From the IMG/VR virus record IMGVR_UViG_3300036790_000034, positions 33,492-97,491 of that record: a DNA stretch of 64,000 bases, one strand, 5' to 3'. The notes under the pieces are model-generated. The model was not told the origin of the DNA. It ran no database searches and saw only the letters and a program-made list of their open reading frames with translations. This stretch comes from a virus. Below, one piece after another: positions 37,310 to 46,867 of the stretch. Position 1 is the first letter of the stretch. Each line of letters opens with the position of its first letter. The position numbers and the translations under genes are program-made.

Positions 37310-37759
37310 TCACTCTCCACACTTCAAGAAGCCCCACGCGTGGGACTTACGTCCAGTCACCACAAGGGACCACGACCGACCGTACGGCGTGATGACATCG
37401 TGTGCGTGACTTGCTGGCCTATAAAGAATCTGGCCGGGGTAGCGACGTTTCCTTCGAGCCTCGTCGCCGTGATTCTGTTTTTCGAGGTATCCGCCCTTCA
37501 AGAGCACCGTGACGAACCACCACGGATGGTCGTGACAACCGACCGGATGCCATTGTGGTGCATCAAGCTGGTGCAGGTAGACGTTGACCCATTTCGTCTT
37601 CAGCAGTTGATAACGATAGAAAACCTCACCGATGTCTTGCCAGCCAATCTCTTTGTGCGGTAAGAAGCGACGGAGAGTTCTCTCGAACCAACTTTTCGGA
37701 GTGAGGTCTCTGCCCGAGTGCGTCGGACTTGACATCACAATCTTGTCAGTAGCCTCCAT
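37310..37759 (-). CDS. Cupin-fold protein
   Basis: YLH...HDHPW.F....L.GGY.E ... H.V...W.L..TG....WGF. Confidence 0.7.
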   Translation of the reverse strand: MEATDKIVMSSPTHSGRDLTPKSWFERTLRRFLPHKEIGWQDIGEVFYRYQLLKTKWVNVYLHQLDAPQWHPVGCHDHPWWFVTVLLKGGYLEKQNHGDEARRKRRYPGQILYRPASHAHDVITPYGRSWSLVVTGRKSHAWGFLKCGE

Positions 37760-37889
37760 TATATCGTCCTTCCCACGGATTTTCAGGGCTTCTGTACTCC
37801 CAACCTAGCTCCGAATCCCGTTTCGGTTTTGGTTTCGGCTTCGGCTTCGGTTTATTAGTTGTGGTAGAGGTACTTTTTAACTCGTTCAC
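37746..37889 (-). CDS. Small protein with a KP repeat
   Basis: GGAG RBS before GTG 37889; KPKPKPKPKPK tract. Confidence 0.4.
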   Translation of the reverse strand: MNELKSTSTTTNKPKPKPKPKPKRDSELGWEYRSPENPWEGRYNGGY

Positions 37890-38145
37890 GTTTGGACTCC
37901 AGTGAGGCTTGGATTTTCTTCGAGCGAACATCTCCAGCTTCGACCAACATCTCAACCGCGTTGAGCACATTGCCAATCTCTTCTTCGAGATGGCCGCGAT
38001 TCGTCGGCCCCGGCTTACGTGGGTGCTTCCTGTCGTAGCCCCGGCGTATGACCTTCATCGCCGCTTGAACTGTCTCGCCGCACTCCTCTGCGAGAATCGC
38101 CAACCGCTCAATTTGGGCCGCTGATAGTTTGTTGAATGATTTCAT
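37855..38145 (-). CDS. MazG-like NTP pyrophosphohydrolase
   Basis: LAEECGE.VQA..K..R.G ... LEEEIGNV. Confidence 0.75.
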   Translation of the reverse strand: MKSFNKLSAAQIERLAILAEECGETVQAAMKVIRRGYDRKHPRKPGPTNRGHLEEEIGNVLNAVEMLVEAGDVRSKKIQASLESKRERVKKYLYHN

Positions 38146-39821
38146 TTCTTGCCTTTTCTGTTCAAACGTTCGGCAATCATCTTCGACGCCATCCCGCTTG
38201 TCATCTGGTCGTACGGGAAGACTTTGTGCGGGAACAATCGCCCTAGCATTTTCTTCTGTCCCGTCGTCACTGGCTTGCCGTGCCACGTTGCCTGTCTCAG
38301 CACGAAGCTGAGTGCCATCTTCGACAGGCGTTTGCGAATCTGTTCATCCGCTGCCTTGAATGCTTCCTCCAGCGTAGGCCGGATGCCCCGCAGATTCACA
38401 TCTTTGATGCGGCCAACGCATTCCCATTGCCCTAACTGGTTCTCGAAGACGTGCATGAAGCCTGTCTTCTCTGGACCATCCTTCGGGACAATCATCTTGT
38501 ATCCGCCTTCGACAGCACGGAACCAGATGAGTTCTGAGTTTTCTTCCACTTCCTTCGGGAAGCGAATCTCGAACATGTTAATCTGCTGCACGAGGGTCTT
38601 CAACTCATCGACATCTTTCAATGTCGTAAAGTCGATGCCGGGGTGTTCCTCTTGCAGTGCTTCAATCTCTTCGACAACTTCGATGAGGTCTCGGCCCTTG
38701 AGGTCGAGAATATTTTGTAGACCCATCAATGTCGGCAACGTGATGAGCGAGTGACCGATGGACGCATCGACAACGTCTAGAACGATGAGGTCTTTCTTGC
38801 CAGTAGCAAGAGACAGCCGAGTACCACGTCCCACCATCTGGACATAGAGCACACCACTCGCGGTAGGACGAGCAAGTATGATGCACGAAATGCTCGGGTC
38901 GTCGTATCCTTCCACGAGGACAGAGCAGTTGCAGAGGACGGTGATTGTTCCGGCACGATGTGCCTCCAGTTTCTCTTCGCGTTTCGGGTCATCACCCCAG
39001 ATAGCTTCTGCGGCGACACCTTCATTGCGAAACTCTTCAGCCAGCTTTTCAGCGTGGTCGATATCGACTGTGAATGCGACAGTCTTGCGATTCTCTCCCA
39101 GCTTCAGCCACGATGAAACAATTTGGCGATTCCGGCTCGGAGTGTTAACACTCTTGACGAGTTCGCTCTTGACAAAATCGCCATTCGACTTTCCAACTTC
39201 GCTGAGGGAAGTGTCGGTCGAAATCCGATACCCCCGCACTGGCACGAGCCATCCATCTTTGATGGCTTGCCGCATTGAATACACGTAGGAAATTCGTTCG
39301 TAAATATCGGATAGAGCCTTACCATCAGGTCGTTGCGACGTTGCTGTAACACCCAGCAATAGTTTGTCGCAGTTCTGAGTGAGGACTCCAGTCGCCTCAA
39401 ACACTCGCCCGTAAGCATCAGCAGTCGAATGGTGGGCTTCATCCACCACGAGTTTGTCAATCTGGCTGAACGCGGCGAGTCGCTTACTTCCCATGCGGCC
39501 AACTGTCGCAACAGATGCCGATACGATATCTGAGTTCGGGTCCGCGTACTCACCAGCCATTTCCTTTCCGACTTTCAGAGTCGGATTGACGCTTTGCATC
39601 TTCTCGCGGTTCTGCTCTACGAGTTCTTCCGTGTGAGCGAGAACCATCATCTGGCCCTTGAGCCGAGAGCGGAACTTCTCGAACATCTTGGCGAACACGA
39701 TGGTCTTGCCCGTGCCAGTCGCCATGTTCAACATCATCCGGCGGAAGCCTTTGTCGTAGTCTGAGATGGACGAGCCGATGGCTTCATCCTGATAGTGCCT
39801 GTCCTGTAATTCGAGTTGCAT
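38142..39821 (-). CDS. SF2 DEAH helicase (ResIII / Irc3-like)
   Basis: ATGTGKT; VVDEAHH; GVTAT; EGYD.P; QMVGRGTR. GGAGG RBS before ATG 39821. Confidence 0.92.
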   Translation of the reverse strand: MQLELQDRHYQDEAIGSSISDYDKGFRRMMLNMATGTGKTIVFAKMFEKFRSRLKGQMMVLAHTEELVEQNREKMQSVNPTLKVGKEMAGEYADPNSDIVSASVATVGRMGSKRLAAFSQIDKLVVDEAHHSTADAYGRVFEATGVLTQNCDKLLLGVTATSQRPDGKALSDIYERISYVYSMRQAIKDGWLVPVRGYRISTDTSLSEVGKSNGDFVKSELVKSVNTPSRNRQIVSSWLKLGENRKTVAFTVDIDHAEKLAEEFRNEGVAAEAIWGDDPKREEKLEAHRAGTITVLCNCSVLVEGYDDPSISCIILARPTASGVLYVQMVGRGTRLSLATGKKDLIVLDVVDASIGHSLITLPTLMGLQNILDLKGRDLIEVVEEIEALQEEHPGIDFTTLKDVDELKTLVQQINMFEIRFPKEVEENSELIWFRAVEGGYKMIVPKDGPEKTGFMHVFENQLGQWECVGRIKDVNLRGIRPTLEEAFKAADEQIRKRLSKMALSFVLRQATWHGKPVTTGQKKMLGRLFPHKVFPYDQMTSGMASKMIAERLNRKGKK

Positions 39822-39822
39822 C

Positions 39823-40248
39823 CTACCTCCGAAATTTACGAATGACAAGACCGATGGCTTTCCACTCAGCATACGTGAAGTGGTAAGATTTGGCTCGATT
39901 GCATCGACTACAGCAGACGACGCAGTTTCGTTTCGAGTAACCCTTCGCGTTGTTCTTTCGGTCGAGGTAGTAGCAACGGGAATTCTTCGTTGCATGTGGG
40001 TGCCACTCAATCCCAGCGTTGCAATAGTGGCAAGCGGTCACGCTGGTGAAAGCGATGAGTTGAGTGTAAGTCAAACTGCAAGGACGGCCCGCCTTCCTCG
40101 CTTCGTATCGAATCTTGTTGAGCAACCAGCCGAAGGCCCGTTTCTTATGCCCTTGCTTTCCTAAGCTGCATTCCCGTCCGCAATATTTTCTCTTCTTGCA
40201 CGGCCACGCCTCGAAGGGCTTGTGGCATGTCAAACATGTCGTTTCCAT
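39823..40248 (-). CDS. HNH-type homing endonuclease
   Basis: CLTC..YC..EC; CHYC; LDRKNN.KGY...NCVVCCSRCN.AK. Confidence 0.85.
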   Translation of the reverse strand: METTCLTCHKPFEAWPCKKRKYCGRECSLGKQGHKKRAFGWLLNKIRYEARKAGRPCSLTYTQLIAFTSVTACHYCNAGIEWHPHATKNSRCYYLDRKNNAKGYSKRNCVVCCSRCNRAKSYHFTYAEWKAIGLVIRKFRR

Positions 40249-40499
40249 TTATCCGTCTTCCAAAACTTCACTACTATGTCGTTGGGTAGTTTCTCCACGA
40301 CTTCGATTCTCAATCGACCTGCATGAATGTCATCGTGGCAACGACGGCAGAGTGCAATGAGGTTGTCTAGTTCTTCCGACCCACCTTGACTCGCAAAGAT
40401 GACGTGATGCGGGTCAAGGCCGTTCGAGTTGTTGCAATGGCGGCAGTGCCAACCATCACGCTGATATACTGCTCTTGAAACCGTGGCTGGGACTGGCAT
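40230..40499 (-). CDS. HNH endonuclease
   Basis: RDGWHCRHC; HH...SQGG....NLIALC..CH..IH. Confidence 0.85.
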   Translation of the reverse strand: MPVPATVSRAVYQRDGWHCRHCNNSNGLDPHHVIFASQGGSEELDNLIALCRRCHDDIHAGRLRIEVVEKLPNDIVVKFWKTDKWKRHV

Positions 40500-41529
40500 C
40501 TTCCCTCGCGACCGCGATGTATCGCCACTCCCCTTTGTCCTTCAGGTAGTCGCAGACAATGACATCGTTGTCCTGAATCTGGCCCGTGGTCACCAGTCGC
40601 GTCAACGGCAGAGATATGTTGTTCTCTATCGTCCGGCTCAGATGGCGGGCATTGTAACGCTTGTCGTATCCGTCGAGCAACAGCTTGTCGAGTCCCGCGT
40701 TCGTCACACGAATCTCGAAGAGAACCTTCGAGCCGAGGACAATCCGCATTTGAACTTTTTCGAGCATCAACGCCCGAACTAGAGCGAGGTCGTCTTTCGT
40801 CAACGACCGGAACATAATAATCTTATCGAGACGATTGAGGAACTCTGGCATGAACTTGCGACGTGCCGCGTTCATCGCGATGTCCTTCATCTTGGCATCA
40901 TCGACTGCGACCTCCGGCTTGTTGAAGCCGATAGCGTCGTCGTCCGCTGCCATCTCCCCAGCCCCAACGTTCGAGGTCATGATGATTATACAATCACCAA
41001 AATCGACCTTCTCGTTCGTGCCCGTGGTCATCGTTTTCTTGTCGAGAATTCCCAGCAGCAATTGCCACAGAGCATCGCTGGCCTTCTCAATCTCGTCGAA
41101 TAGAATGACGGTGAACGGCATAACTTCGTTTCCGGCGGCATCGCAGCGTGCAGCCTTGATGCTGGCGTTCGTGAAGTACGGATGCGTCTCGCGATGGCCG
41201 AGATAACCCGGAGGGCTACCTTGCAACTTCGCAACCTCATGACTGTGCTGAAACTCCGCACAATCGACCTTCATCATCTTGTCAGCTAAACCGAACAGAC
41301 CTTCGACGAATGCTTCGACGGAGCCTGTCTTACCTGTGCCAGTCGGCCCGAGGAACAACAGAGAACCGATGGGTTTGGATTTGTCGTACATCCCACTCGT
41401 GTATTTATCGACGAGGTCAATCATCGCGTTGACAGCATCACTCTGGGAAACGATACGACTCGCGAATTTCTTTGCGAGAGCCGTGGCCTTGGTGCTCCGT
41501 TTGGAAACGTCCAGCGTCCGATAAGCCAT
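40456..41529 (-). CDS. Single-domain ClpA/ClpB D2-like AAA+ ATPase
   Basis: LFLGPTGTGKT; GSPPGYLG pore loop; ILFDEIEKA; IIMTSN; PEFLNRLD; YNARHL. Confidence 0.88.
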   Translation of the reverse strand: MAYRTLDVSKRSTKATALAKKFASRIVSQSDAVNAMIDLVDKYTSGMYDKSKPIGSLLFLGPTGTGKTGSVEAFVEGLFGLADKMMKVDCAEFQHSHEVAKLQGSPPGYLGHRETHPYFTNASIKAARCDAAGNEVMPFTVILFDEIEKASDALWQLLLGILDKKTMTTGTNEKVDFGDCIIIMTSNVGAGEMAADDDAIGFNKPEVAVDDAKMKDIAMNAARRKFMPEFLNRLDKIIMFRSLTKDDLALVRALMLEKVQMRIVLGSKVLFEIRVTNAGLDKLLLDGYDKRYNARHLSRTIENNISLPLTRLVTTGQIQDNDVIVCDYLKDKGEWRYIAVAREDASPSHGFKSSISA

Positions 41530-41537
41530 GCACCCTC

Positions 41538-42296
41538 CTAGAATTCGATGTCGGTTGTGGTTGCCTCCGCAGGTTCAGCGGCGGGTTCAGGTGCTTCGGG
41601 AGTGCCATTCACCGTCTCCGGCTTTGGTGCTGCGACTTCGTCGATGGCCCAATTCGGGTCTGCGAGGAAGTTCGCACAAATCATTTCGAGTGCTCGGCCA
41701 TCGCTCTCGTCTTTCTGCTGGCCTTCTTCACCCTCGACGCCCTCAGCGGGCTTGGTGCCAAGATGCTTCTTTGCCAGAGCGAGAGCAGGCTTGATGACAT
41801 CCTCGCGTGCAGACTTCTTGCAGCGAATGTTGAGCCATACCATCGACTCGTCGTCCGTCAATCCGAGAATCGTATCGACCTCGAACTGGACTTCTTCGAG
41901 CGACATGTCACTCGCCTTCATCGTCAGTTCACGGATGAGCATTGAGACGGGCGTCCCATTGTACTCCGTGTCTGGCTTCAGGCGGCTGATGACTCGCAGC
42001 TTGGCGAGACCGACGGGTTCATAGACCGGACGCTCAAGAGCAGCGGCCTTCATGTTCTCGACGATGCGGACAAGATAGTAGCTCTTGGCGACTTTGAAGT
42101 CGAGTGACTTCACGTACTTGCTGAAGGACTCGAATCCCCAGCCCGCGTAGAAGTTTTTCGACTTGGCCTCGAAGAGAAGTTCTGCGAGGTCAAACGTCGA
42201 ACTGTTCGCTGTGGAAATCAATTTGTTGATGGTGCGGCGGACTTGTGTCGCCCGCCCCGCCTCGACCTCTCCTACGATGACTTGCTGGTCTGCCAT
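41538..42296 (-). CDS. Hypothetical, probably DNA-binding protein
   Basis: L.EAK....Y..WGFESF..YV pattern; AGGAG RBS. Confidence 0.55.
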   Translation of the reverse strand: MADQQVIVGEVEAGRATQVRRTINKLISTANSSTFDLAELLFEAKSKNFYAGWGFESFSKYVKSLDFKVAKSYYLVRIVENMKAAALERPVYEPVGLAKLRVISRLKPDTEYNGTPVSMLIRELTMKASDMSLEEVQFEVDTILGLTDDESMVWLNIRCKKSAREDVIKPALALAKKHLGTKPAEGVEGEEGQQKDESDGRALEMICANFLADPNWAIDEVAAPKPETVNGTPEAPEPAAEPAEATTTDIEF

Positions 42297-42305
42297 GTGG
42301 GTCTC

Positions 42306-42854
42306 CTATGCCGACGCTACGCAAACTCCCGGCGTCAGTGTATATTCAGTCTCGACATCCACCCCACCGAATTCCTCAGCGGTGATGCTGCCGAAAATGT
42401 CTTCGTCACGCATGAACAGCAGCGTTTCGCCGTTCAGCTTGAACTGCGTACCAGAGTACTTGCCGAATGCAACGTAGGTGCCCACGGTGTGCAGTGTGCC
42501 CTTGCCTGCTTCAACGATGACGCCTTCGGCGGGCTGTTCCTTGTTCGCTTCTTCTTGTACCAGAGTGACCTTGGACTTGTCAACATCGGCCTGCAATGCC
42601 TCTTCGACAGATGAGAATCCGTAGCCCTTCGCCACAGTCTGGCGGACGAGGTAGACGCCGGGGTGGGGGTTGAACTTGCGACGAGGCTCGACAACTTTCG
42701 GAGTCGGGTCGAATGTGTGGACGGCTTCTTCAATCTCGCCGCCCTCTGCTAATGTCTTCAAGCGTTCGAGCAACGGTGATTCACCGATGCCGCCCGCGAG
42801 AATCATCTTACGTCCGCCAGCGGCGAGAACGTCTTTCTTTCCGGGGATGCTCAA
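42306..42854 (-). CDS. groES: Co-chaperonin GroES (Cpn10) with N-terminal extension
   Basis: KEQPAEGVIVEAGKG; VG..V.FGKYSGT...L.GE..L.MRDEDI.G. Confidence 0.8.
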   Translation of the reverse strand: MSIPGKKDVLAAGGRKMILAGGIGESPLLERLKTLAEGGEIEEAVHTFDPTPKVVEPRRKFNPHPGVYLVRQTVAKGYGFSSVEEALQADVDKSKVTLVQEEANKEQPAEGVIVEAGKGTLHTVGTYVAFGKYSGTQFKLNGETLLFMRDEDIFGSITAEEFGGVDVETEYTLTPGVCVASA

Positions 42855-43180
42855 TGTTTCCTCCCGCCGTACACGATGCTGTCAGGCACCGGAACATCGG
42901 TCGTCTTCTGGACGAACACGACTTCGATGGACTTGCCGCCGTCGTACGGTGCGATGCGAGTCTCGAAGCCGAGAATTTCTCCGGCCTTAGCGGTCGCGAC
43001 GAGTTCTTCAATCGACACGATGGCTCGGCCCTTGGGCTGGCCTTCAGAGTTCGTGATGGTGACAGGTGAGGTCGAGTGACGACGCACCTTGGGGTTGCGA
43101 ACGGATGTCGCGTAAGCACGGGCCTCAGACAACAGAGTGTCGTACTTCGCTTGAACTGCTTTCAATGTGAGTTTCGGCAT
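42851..43180 (-). CDS. Hypothetical protein
   Basis: AAGGT RBS; coupled to the downstream gene. Confidence 0.55.
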   Translation of the reverse strand: MPKLTLKAVQAKYDTLLSEARAYATSVRNPKVRRHSTSPVTITNSEGQPKGRAIVSIEELVATAKAGEILGFETRIAPYDGGKSIEVVFVQKTTDVPVPDSIVYGGRKH

Positions 43181-43273
43181 GGTGAACCTTTCTATTGCGT
43201 AGAAAATAACGGGGCCGAATGCCGCCCGCGAGTCCCTTGCGGGATAGTCGCAGGCGGGTCTAGCCCCATGTCG

Positions 43274-43510
43274 TTAGCTGGCTGACGCGGCTGACGCGGT
43301 GCCAGTGGCCGGAGCCACGGAGAACTTCTTGCCCGTGCGAACGAGCGTGCCATCAGCAGTCAATTTCTGCGTGGCTTCCTGAATCTTTCGCATCGACGGC
43401 AGCGAGTTGATGCCGAAGTAGATGTTGGAGTTCGTGCTGTTGGGGTTGGCCGACAGGAAGCTGACAATCTCCTGACGAAGCGACGGGCTGACTTTCGAGG
43501 TTTGGCTCAT
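43274..43510 (-). CDS. Small winged-helix-like protein
   Basis: I..FL..NP..T...I ... L...G.L.R.G.KF; AGGAGG RBS. Confidence 0.55.
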   Translation of the reverse strand: MSQTSKVSPSLRQEIVSFLSANPNSTNSNIYFGINSLPSMRKIQEATQKLTADGTLVRTGKKFSVAPATGTASAASAS

Positions 43511-43521
43511 GGTGTATCCTC

Positions 43522-43806
43522 CTAAAATTTGTTGAGATAGTCGATTGCCTTCTGTAATCGTAACACGTCATCTTGGAAGAATCCAAGCCCTCTGTTACAG
43601 GGTCCGCAGATTGTTCCACGGAGACACTTGCCGCAACTTCTTCGACCCGGACAACACCGATGATTATGGTCGATGTGAGGCTTGACCATGAAGTCACCGC
43701 ACAATTGGCAGAGGGTTACTGCCTCACGAGCGGCTAGTTCTTTGGTCGAAAGTTTGTATCGCGACTTCTTGTTGGGAAGTCTGCGATTCGGTCGTACTCG
43801 CTTCAC
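43522..43806 (-). CDS. Endonuclease VII-family homing endonuclease
   Basis: CQLC; IDHNH.CC....SCGKCLRG.IC..CN.GLG.F.D. Confidence 0.85.
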   Translation of the reverse strand: MKRVRPNRRLPNKKSRYKLSTKELAAREAVTLCQLCGDFMVKPHIDHNHRCCPGRRSCGKCLRGTICGPCNRGLGFFQDDVLRLQKAIDYLNKF

Positions 43807-44951
43807 ATGTCTCCGTTAATCATAGGGTGCCCGTTTTGGGCCAGTTCCTTGACCTGTTTCCAGATTACCACACTTGCGTCCTTCCCGTCAAGCATGGAAA
43901 ACAAAATTGCTCGGACATCGACGTTCTCCGGCTTGGTGAACTCCAGAGCGTACGCCTTGCGGAAGGCTCCCAGATTGGCGAACTCCCCAGCGAGATGACG
44001 TGGTGCCATGTCACGAACCGTCCGCATGTAGACCTCGGTCGCTTGCTGCTGGAGTTCATCGTGACGAGCGGTCAAAGCCTTGACCCACTTGCGAACGAAC
44101 CCAGCGAACCACGGGGTCGAATTGGTGAGGTATTCCTGTAGCTCTGCCGCGAGATGCGGTTGGCTCAGGGACTCCCAGATGCGTTTCGGGCTGACTCCAC
44201 AGACCATACGATGCAGACGAAGATACTCGACGTACTTCATCTTCAGTCTGACAGGAGGCTTGCCGTCCTGATACCACGTCAGGACATAACCTTCATCGTT
44301 CTTCACGTCGTCAAGAGTGTGTTCCTTCGCCTCTTGCAACGTAATGAGATGTTGGTCCGGCGTGTTGTAGTCCGCCGACAGCGTCCGCAGTTTCACGGGC
44401 GTCATCTCTTCCCCGGTCTCGATGTTGACAAGAGCGAGGAGAACGAGTTCCTTCCGGTCGCCGTAGTTGACAACGATGCGGAGGTCGGGATGCAGACCCT
44501 CGAACATCGGAGTCCATCCCTCGGGAAAATTATTTTCATGCCGACGCAATTCAGCCGTTGCCCACTTCGCGTGAATGCTGTGGAAGCTGCTCTTGCTGGC
44601 CGCGTGCCACACGCCTTCATACTTGAACGCGGTGACCATGAAGCCATCCATCTTCTCCCAGACGGTCGGCTGGACACGAGCGTCGAACAGGACGCCCTCT
44701 GCTTGTGGAGAGCCGTAGTTGTGAAACTTCTCGAAGGGTCGGGCCACAATCTCCCCGGTCCAACGGTCCACAACGATGCCACGACACTTGGAGATGACAG
44801 AATCCCAATTGTCTTCTTGCTGACACTTCCGCGAGTACGTGAAGATGTTCAGCGGCAGCGTTTTGTGGATGCCCTCGGTGACCCACCCACCGTGCAGATA
44901 CTTCTCGGTGAACGTGTCTTGGTCGATGCCGATGTACTTGAAGAAGTTCAT
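43803..44951 (-). CDS. T4 Rnl1-type RNA ligase
   Basis: CRG.V.D...IVARPFEKF.N; EKMDG; EGYV; KMK..EY..LHR. Confidence 0.88.
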   Translation of the reverse strand: MNFFKYIGIDQDTFTEKYLHGGWVTEGIHKTLPLNIFTYSRKCQQEDNWDSVISKCRGIVVDRWTGEIVARPFEKFHNYGSPQAEGVLFDARVQPTVWEKMDGFMVTAFKYEGVWHAASKSSFHSIHAKWATAELRRHENNFPEGWTPMFEGLHPDLRIVVNYGDRKELVLLALVNIETGEEMTPVKLRTLSADYNTPDQHLITLQEAKEHTLDDVKNDEGYVLTWYQDGKPPVRLKMKYVEYLRLHRMVCGVSPKRIWESLSQPHLAAELQEYLTNSTPWFAGFVRKWVKALTARHDELQQQATEVYMRTVRDMAPRHLAGEFANLGAFRKAYALEFTKPENVDVRAILFSMLDGKDASVVIWKQVKELAQNGHPMINGDM

Positions 44952-44959
44952 GCTGGCTA

Positions 44960-45370
44960 CTAGCTGGTCAGAGGTTCGCCGTCAACCGCAGGCACGCTCA
45001 TCGCGGCGTCACACGCCTTGGTAAACGTCCGGCTGGCATCTTCGACAATCGCTTCTGCGTGCAGTTCTTTGTTGCCGGGACGGGACTTGCCTTGTATCCC
45101 GTGATGACGATACCGCTTCATGCCCGCGAACGTGAGATGCGGCGGGTTATTGAACGCAGGCTGCTCTACGACCGCAGGCAGTTCGTACTGGATGACCTTG
45201 GTCGGCTTGCCATCGACTTCAGGGCCATCGACTTCGGTCTTGATGAGCGTCTTGCCCAACTCGACGAGATTCAGACGACGTTGTTCGGCACGGACTCGCT
45301 TGCCTTCGAGATTCCGCAGTTTACGGTTGAGCCGCTTCGCTTGGCGTTGATGGTCCCTTGCTAATGTCAT
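44960..45370 (-). CDS. Hypothetical basic protein
   Basis: GGAGG RBS. Confidence 0.55.
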   Translation of the reverse strand: MTLARDHQRQAKRLNRKLRNLEGKRVRAEQRRLNLVELGKTLIKTEVDGPEVDGKPTKVIQYELPAVVEQPAFNNPPHLTFAGMKRYRHHGIQGKSRPGNKELHAEAIVEDASRTFTKACDAAMSVPAVDGEPLTS

Positions 45371-46445
45371 CGTTTGCCTCCGGGTGTTTGTCTCGATAGA
45401 TTTTCTTGCACGCCTCGCACTGGCTTCCGTCAGGCAGGCACTTACTCATTCTTGAACCTTTGTAGGCATCAGCCTTGTCGCATCGAATCTTAGCAGCCTC
45501 GGCCTTCGCCTGTCTAGCTTTTTCTTTGCGGGCCTCTTTGACATCCCGCATATCCTGCTCGGTGTCTTCGACGGACTGCTTCAGGTCCAATGCCCGCTTG
45601 AAGAACGAGAGATGCCGCTCGTGCATCTCATCTCCGAAAGAGAACCACGGCTCGAACTCAGCCGCATCATCTTTGCCCAGCCGGAGAATGACGACGCCGT
45701 CAAACTTCGTCTCGGGAAATTCTTCGACCTTCGCCTTCCAATAAAAATTTGCTTGGGCGAAGTAGGTGACTTGCACCTGATTGCTGGTCTTCAAATCGAG
45801 AACGACTCGCTTGTCTTTGAAAGCGGGGAACGCTTGGCACGGACATTCAGGACGGTCGCACGAGTCAATGAGCACGTCACCATCGAGCGTCCCGGCAACA
45901 AGCCACTCTCGCGAGACGACTCGTTGCTCTGCCGTGATGTAACGCACATTGTGGTCTGCGAAGAACGCAAGACAAGCAACAGCAGCGTTCGTAGCACGCT
46001 CATCTTCAGGAAACTTTGCCAGAATCTCCATTCGGCGTAGTTCATCGTCAGCCATCGTCGCTTTAACCAGAGATTCAACGAAAGAGTGAGCCTCATGGCC
46101 TGTGTCTCCTGCCCGTTCGAGCACATTCTTGTGTTCGTCCTTCGACGCCATCAGAATGCTGACCAACTCGTCGTAATCGACTTCGACGAATCCGTCCCGG
46201 CGGCGATTCTCTTGGAGCAGGAAGATGGCCCGTTCCATGAACAGACGAGTTGCCCAGCCAATCAACGCATTTGATTTGTCTACGATTTTAAGGGTATTGG
46301 TCACTCCGCTAATCGGAGTGAGTGAGCCGTCATCACCTTCGAGTAAATAGAGCCAGTGCTTCGGACTGAAATAAAGTCGCATCGTGTTCTGATAGTGGGA
46401 TAGTGGTCCACTCAAATCGGAGTATCTTTTCAGAATGAGGCTCAA
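45321..46445 (-). CDS. PD-(D/E)XK exonuclease (phage RecB-like)
   Basis: SGVT..L...K..L..W; G.EAH; AGTLD; DLKTS; Q..FY. GGAGG RBS before TTG 46445. Confidence 0.8.
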   Translation of the reverse strand: MSLILKRYSDLSGPLSHYQNTMRLYFSPKHWLYLLEGDDGSLTPISGVTNTLKIVDKSNALIGWATRLFMERAIFLLQENRRRDGFVEVDYDELVSILMASKDEHKNVLERAGDTGHEAHSFVESLVKATMADDELRRMEILAKFPEDERATNAAVACLAFFADHNVRYITAEQRVVSREWLVAGTLDGDVLIDSCDRPECPCQAFPAFKDKRVVLDLKTSNQVQVTYFAQANFYWKAKVEEFPETKFDGVVILRLGKDDAAEFEPWFSFGDEMHERHLSFFKRALDLKQSVEDTEQDMRDVKEARKEKARQAKAEAAKIRCDKADAYKGSRMSKCLPDGSQCEACKKIYRDKHPEANDDISKGPSTPSEAAQP

Positions 46446-46855
46446 TGATACCTCCGCAAGAACTTGACTACCATTTTCGCCATGCTCAAACGGTCTCCCA
46501 CCATAGCCAGTACGTGATTGTGTTGTGAGCAGAGCATGCACACTTGACATCGTTCGCAACCGTTTTCGCTTCGACAGCATTTCAATCGCTGCTGAAGTTG
46601 ATGGTTGTGATGTACGAATAGTCCTCGAACGCGTTTACAGCCGGGGAAACGGCATACCTGTCCAAGACGAAGAACTGTTCGTTTTCGTTTCTTTCTGTCC
46701 CAACGACGACGGTCGGCATTCCATTTCTCCCGATTTTCCGCACGGTGTTTCCGCTGCCATGCGAGTATACGGCTCACTTCCCTGCGGCGAAACGCACGAT
46801 TCTTACGTCGCTTTCGTTTGTACAGTCGTTGATACGTTTTCCGAGATGCCTTCAT
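46442..46855 (-). CDS. Endonuclease VII-like homing endonuclease (divergent)
   Basis: CRFPGC; VHHNH; CC....GC.RC...MLC..HN..L. Confidence 0.7.
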   Translation of the reverse strand: MKASRKTYQRLYKRKRRKNRAFRRREVSRILAWQRKHRAENREKWNADRRRWDRKKRKRTVLRLGQVCRFPGCKRVRGLFVHHNHQLQQRLKCCRSENGCERCQVCMLCSQHNHVLAMVGDRLSMAKMVVKFLRRYH

Positions 46856-46867
46856 CTGCCTTCCCTT

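Noticed and set aside
37820-37853. Hexamer tandem repeat as a regulatory element
   Set aside because: Explained by a Lys-Pro repeat in a small gene with varied codons.
39823-39850. IRKFRR terminus of an HNH protein as a fifth GRKFR tag
   Set aside because: It lacks the Gly and sits in a generally basic endonuclease tail; probably chance.
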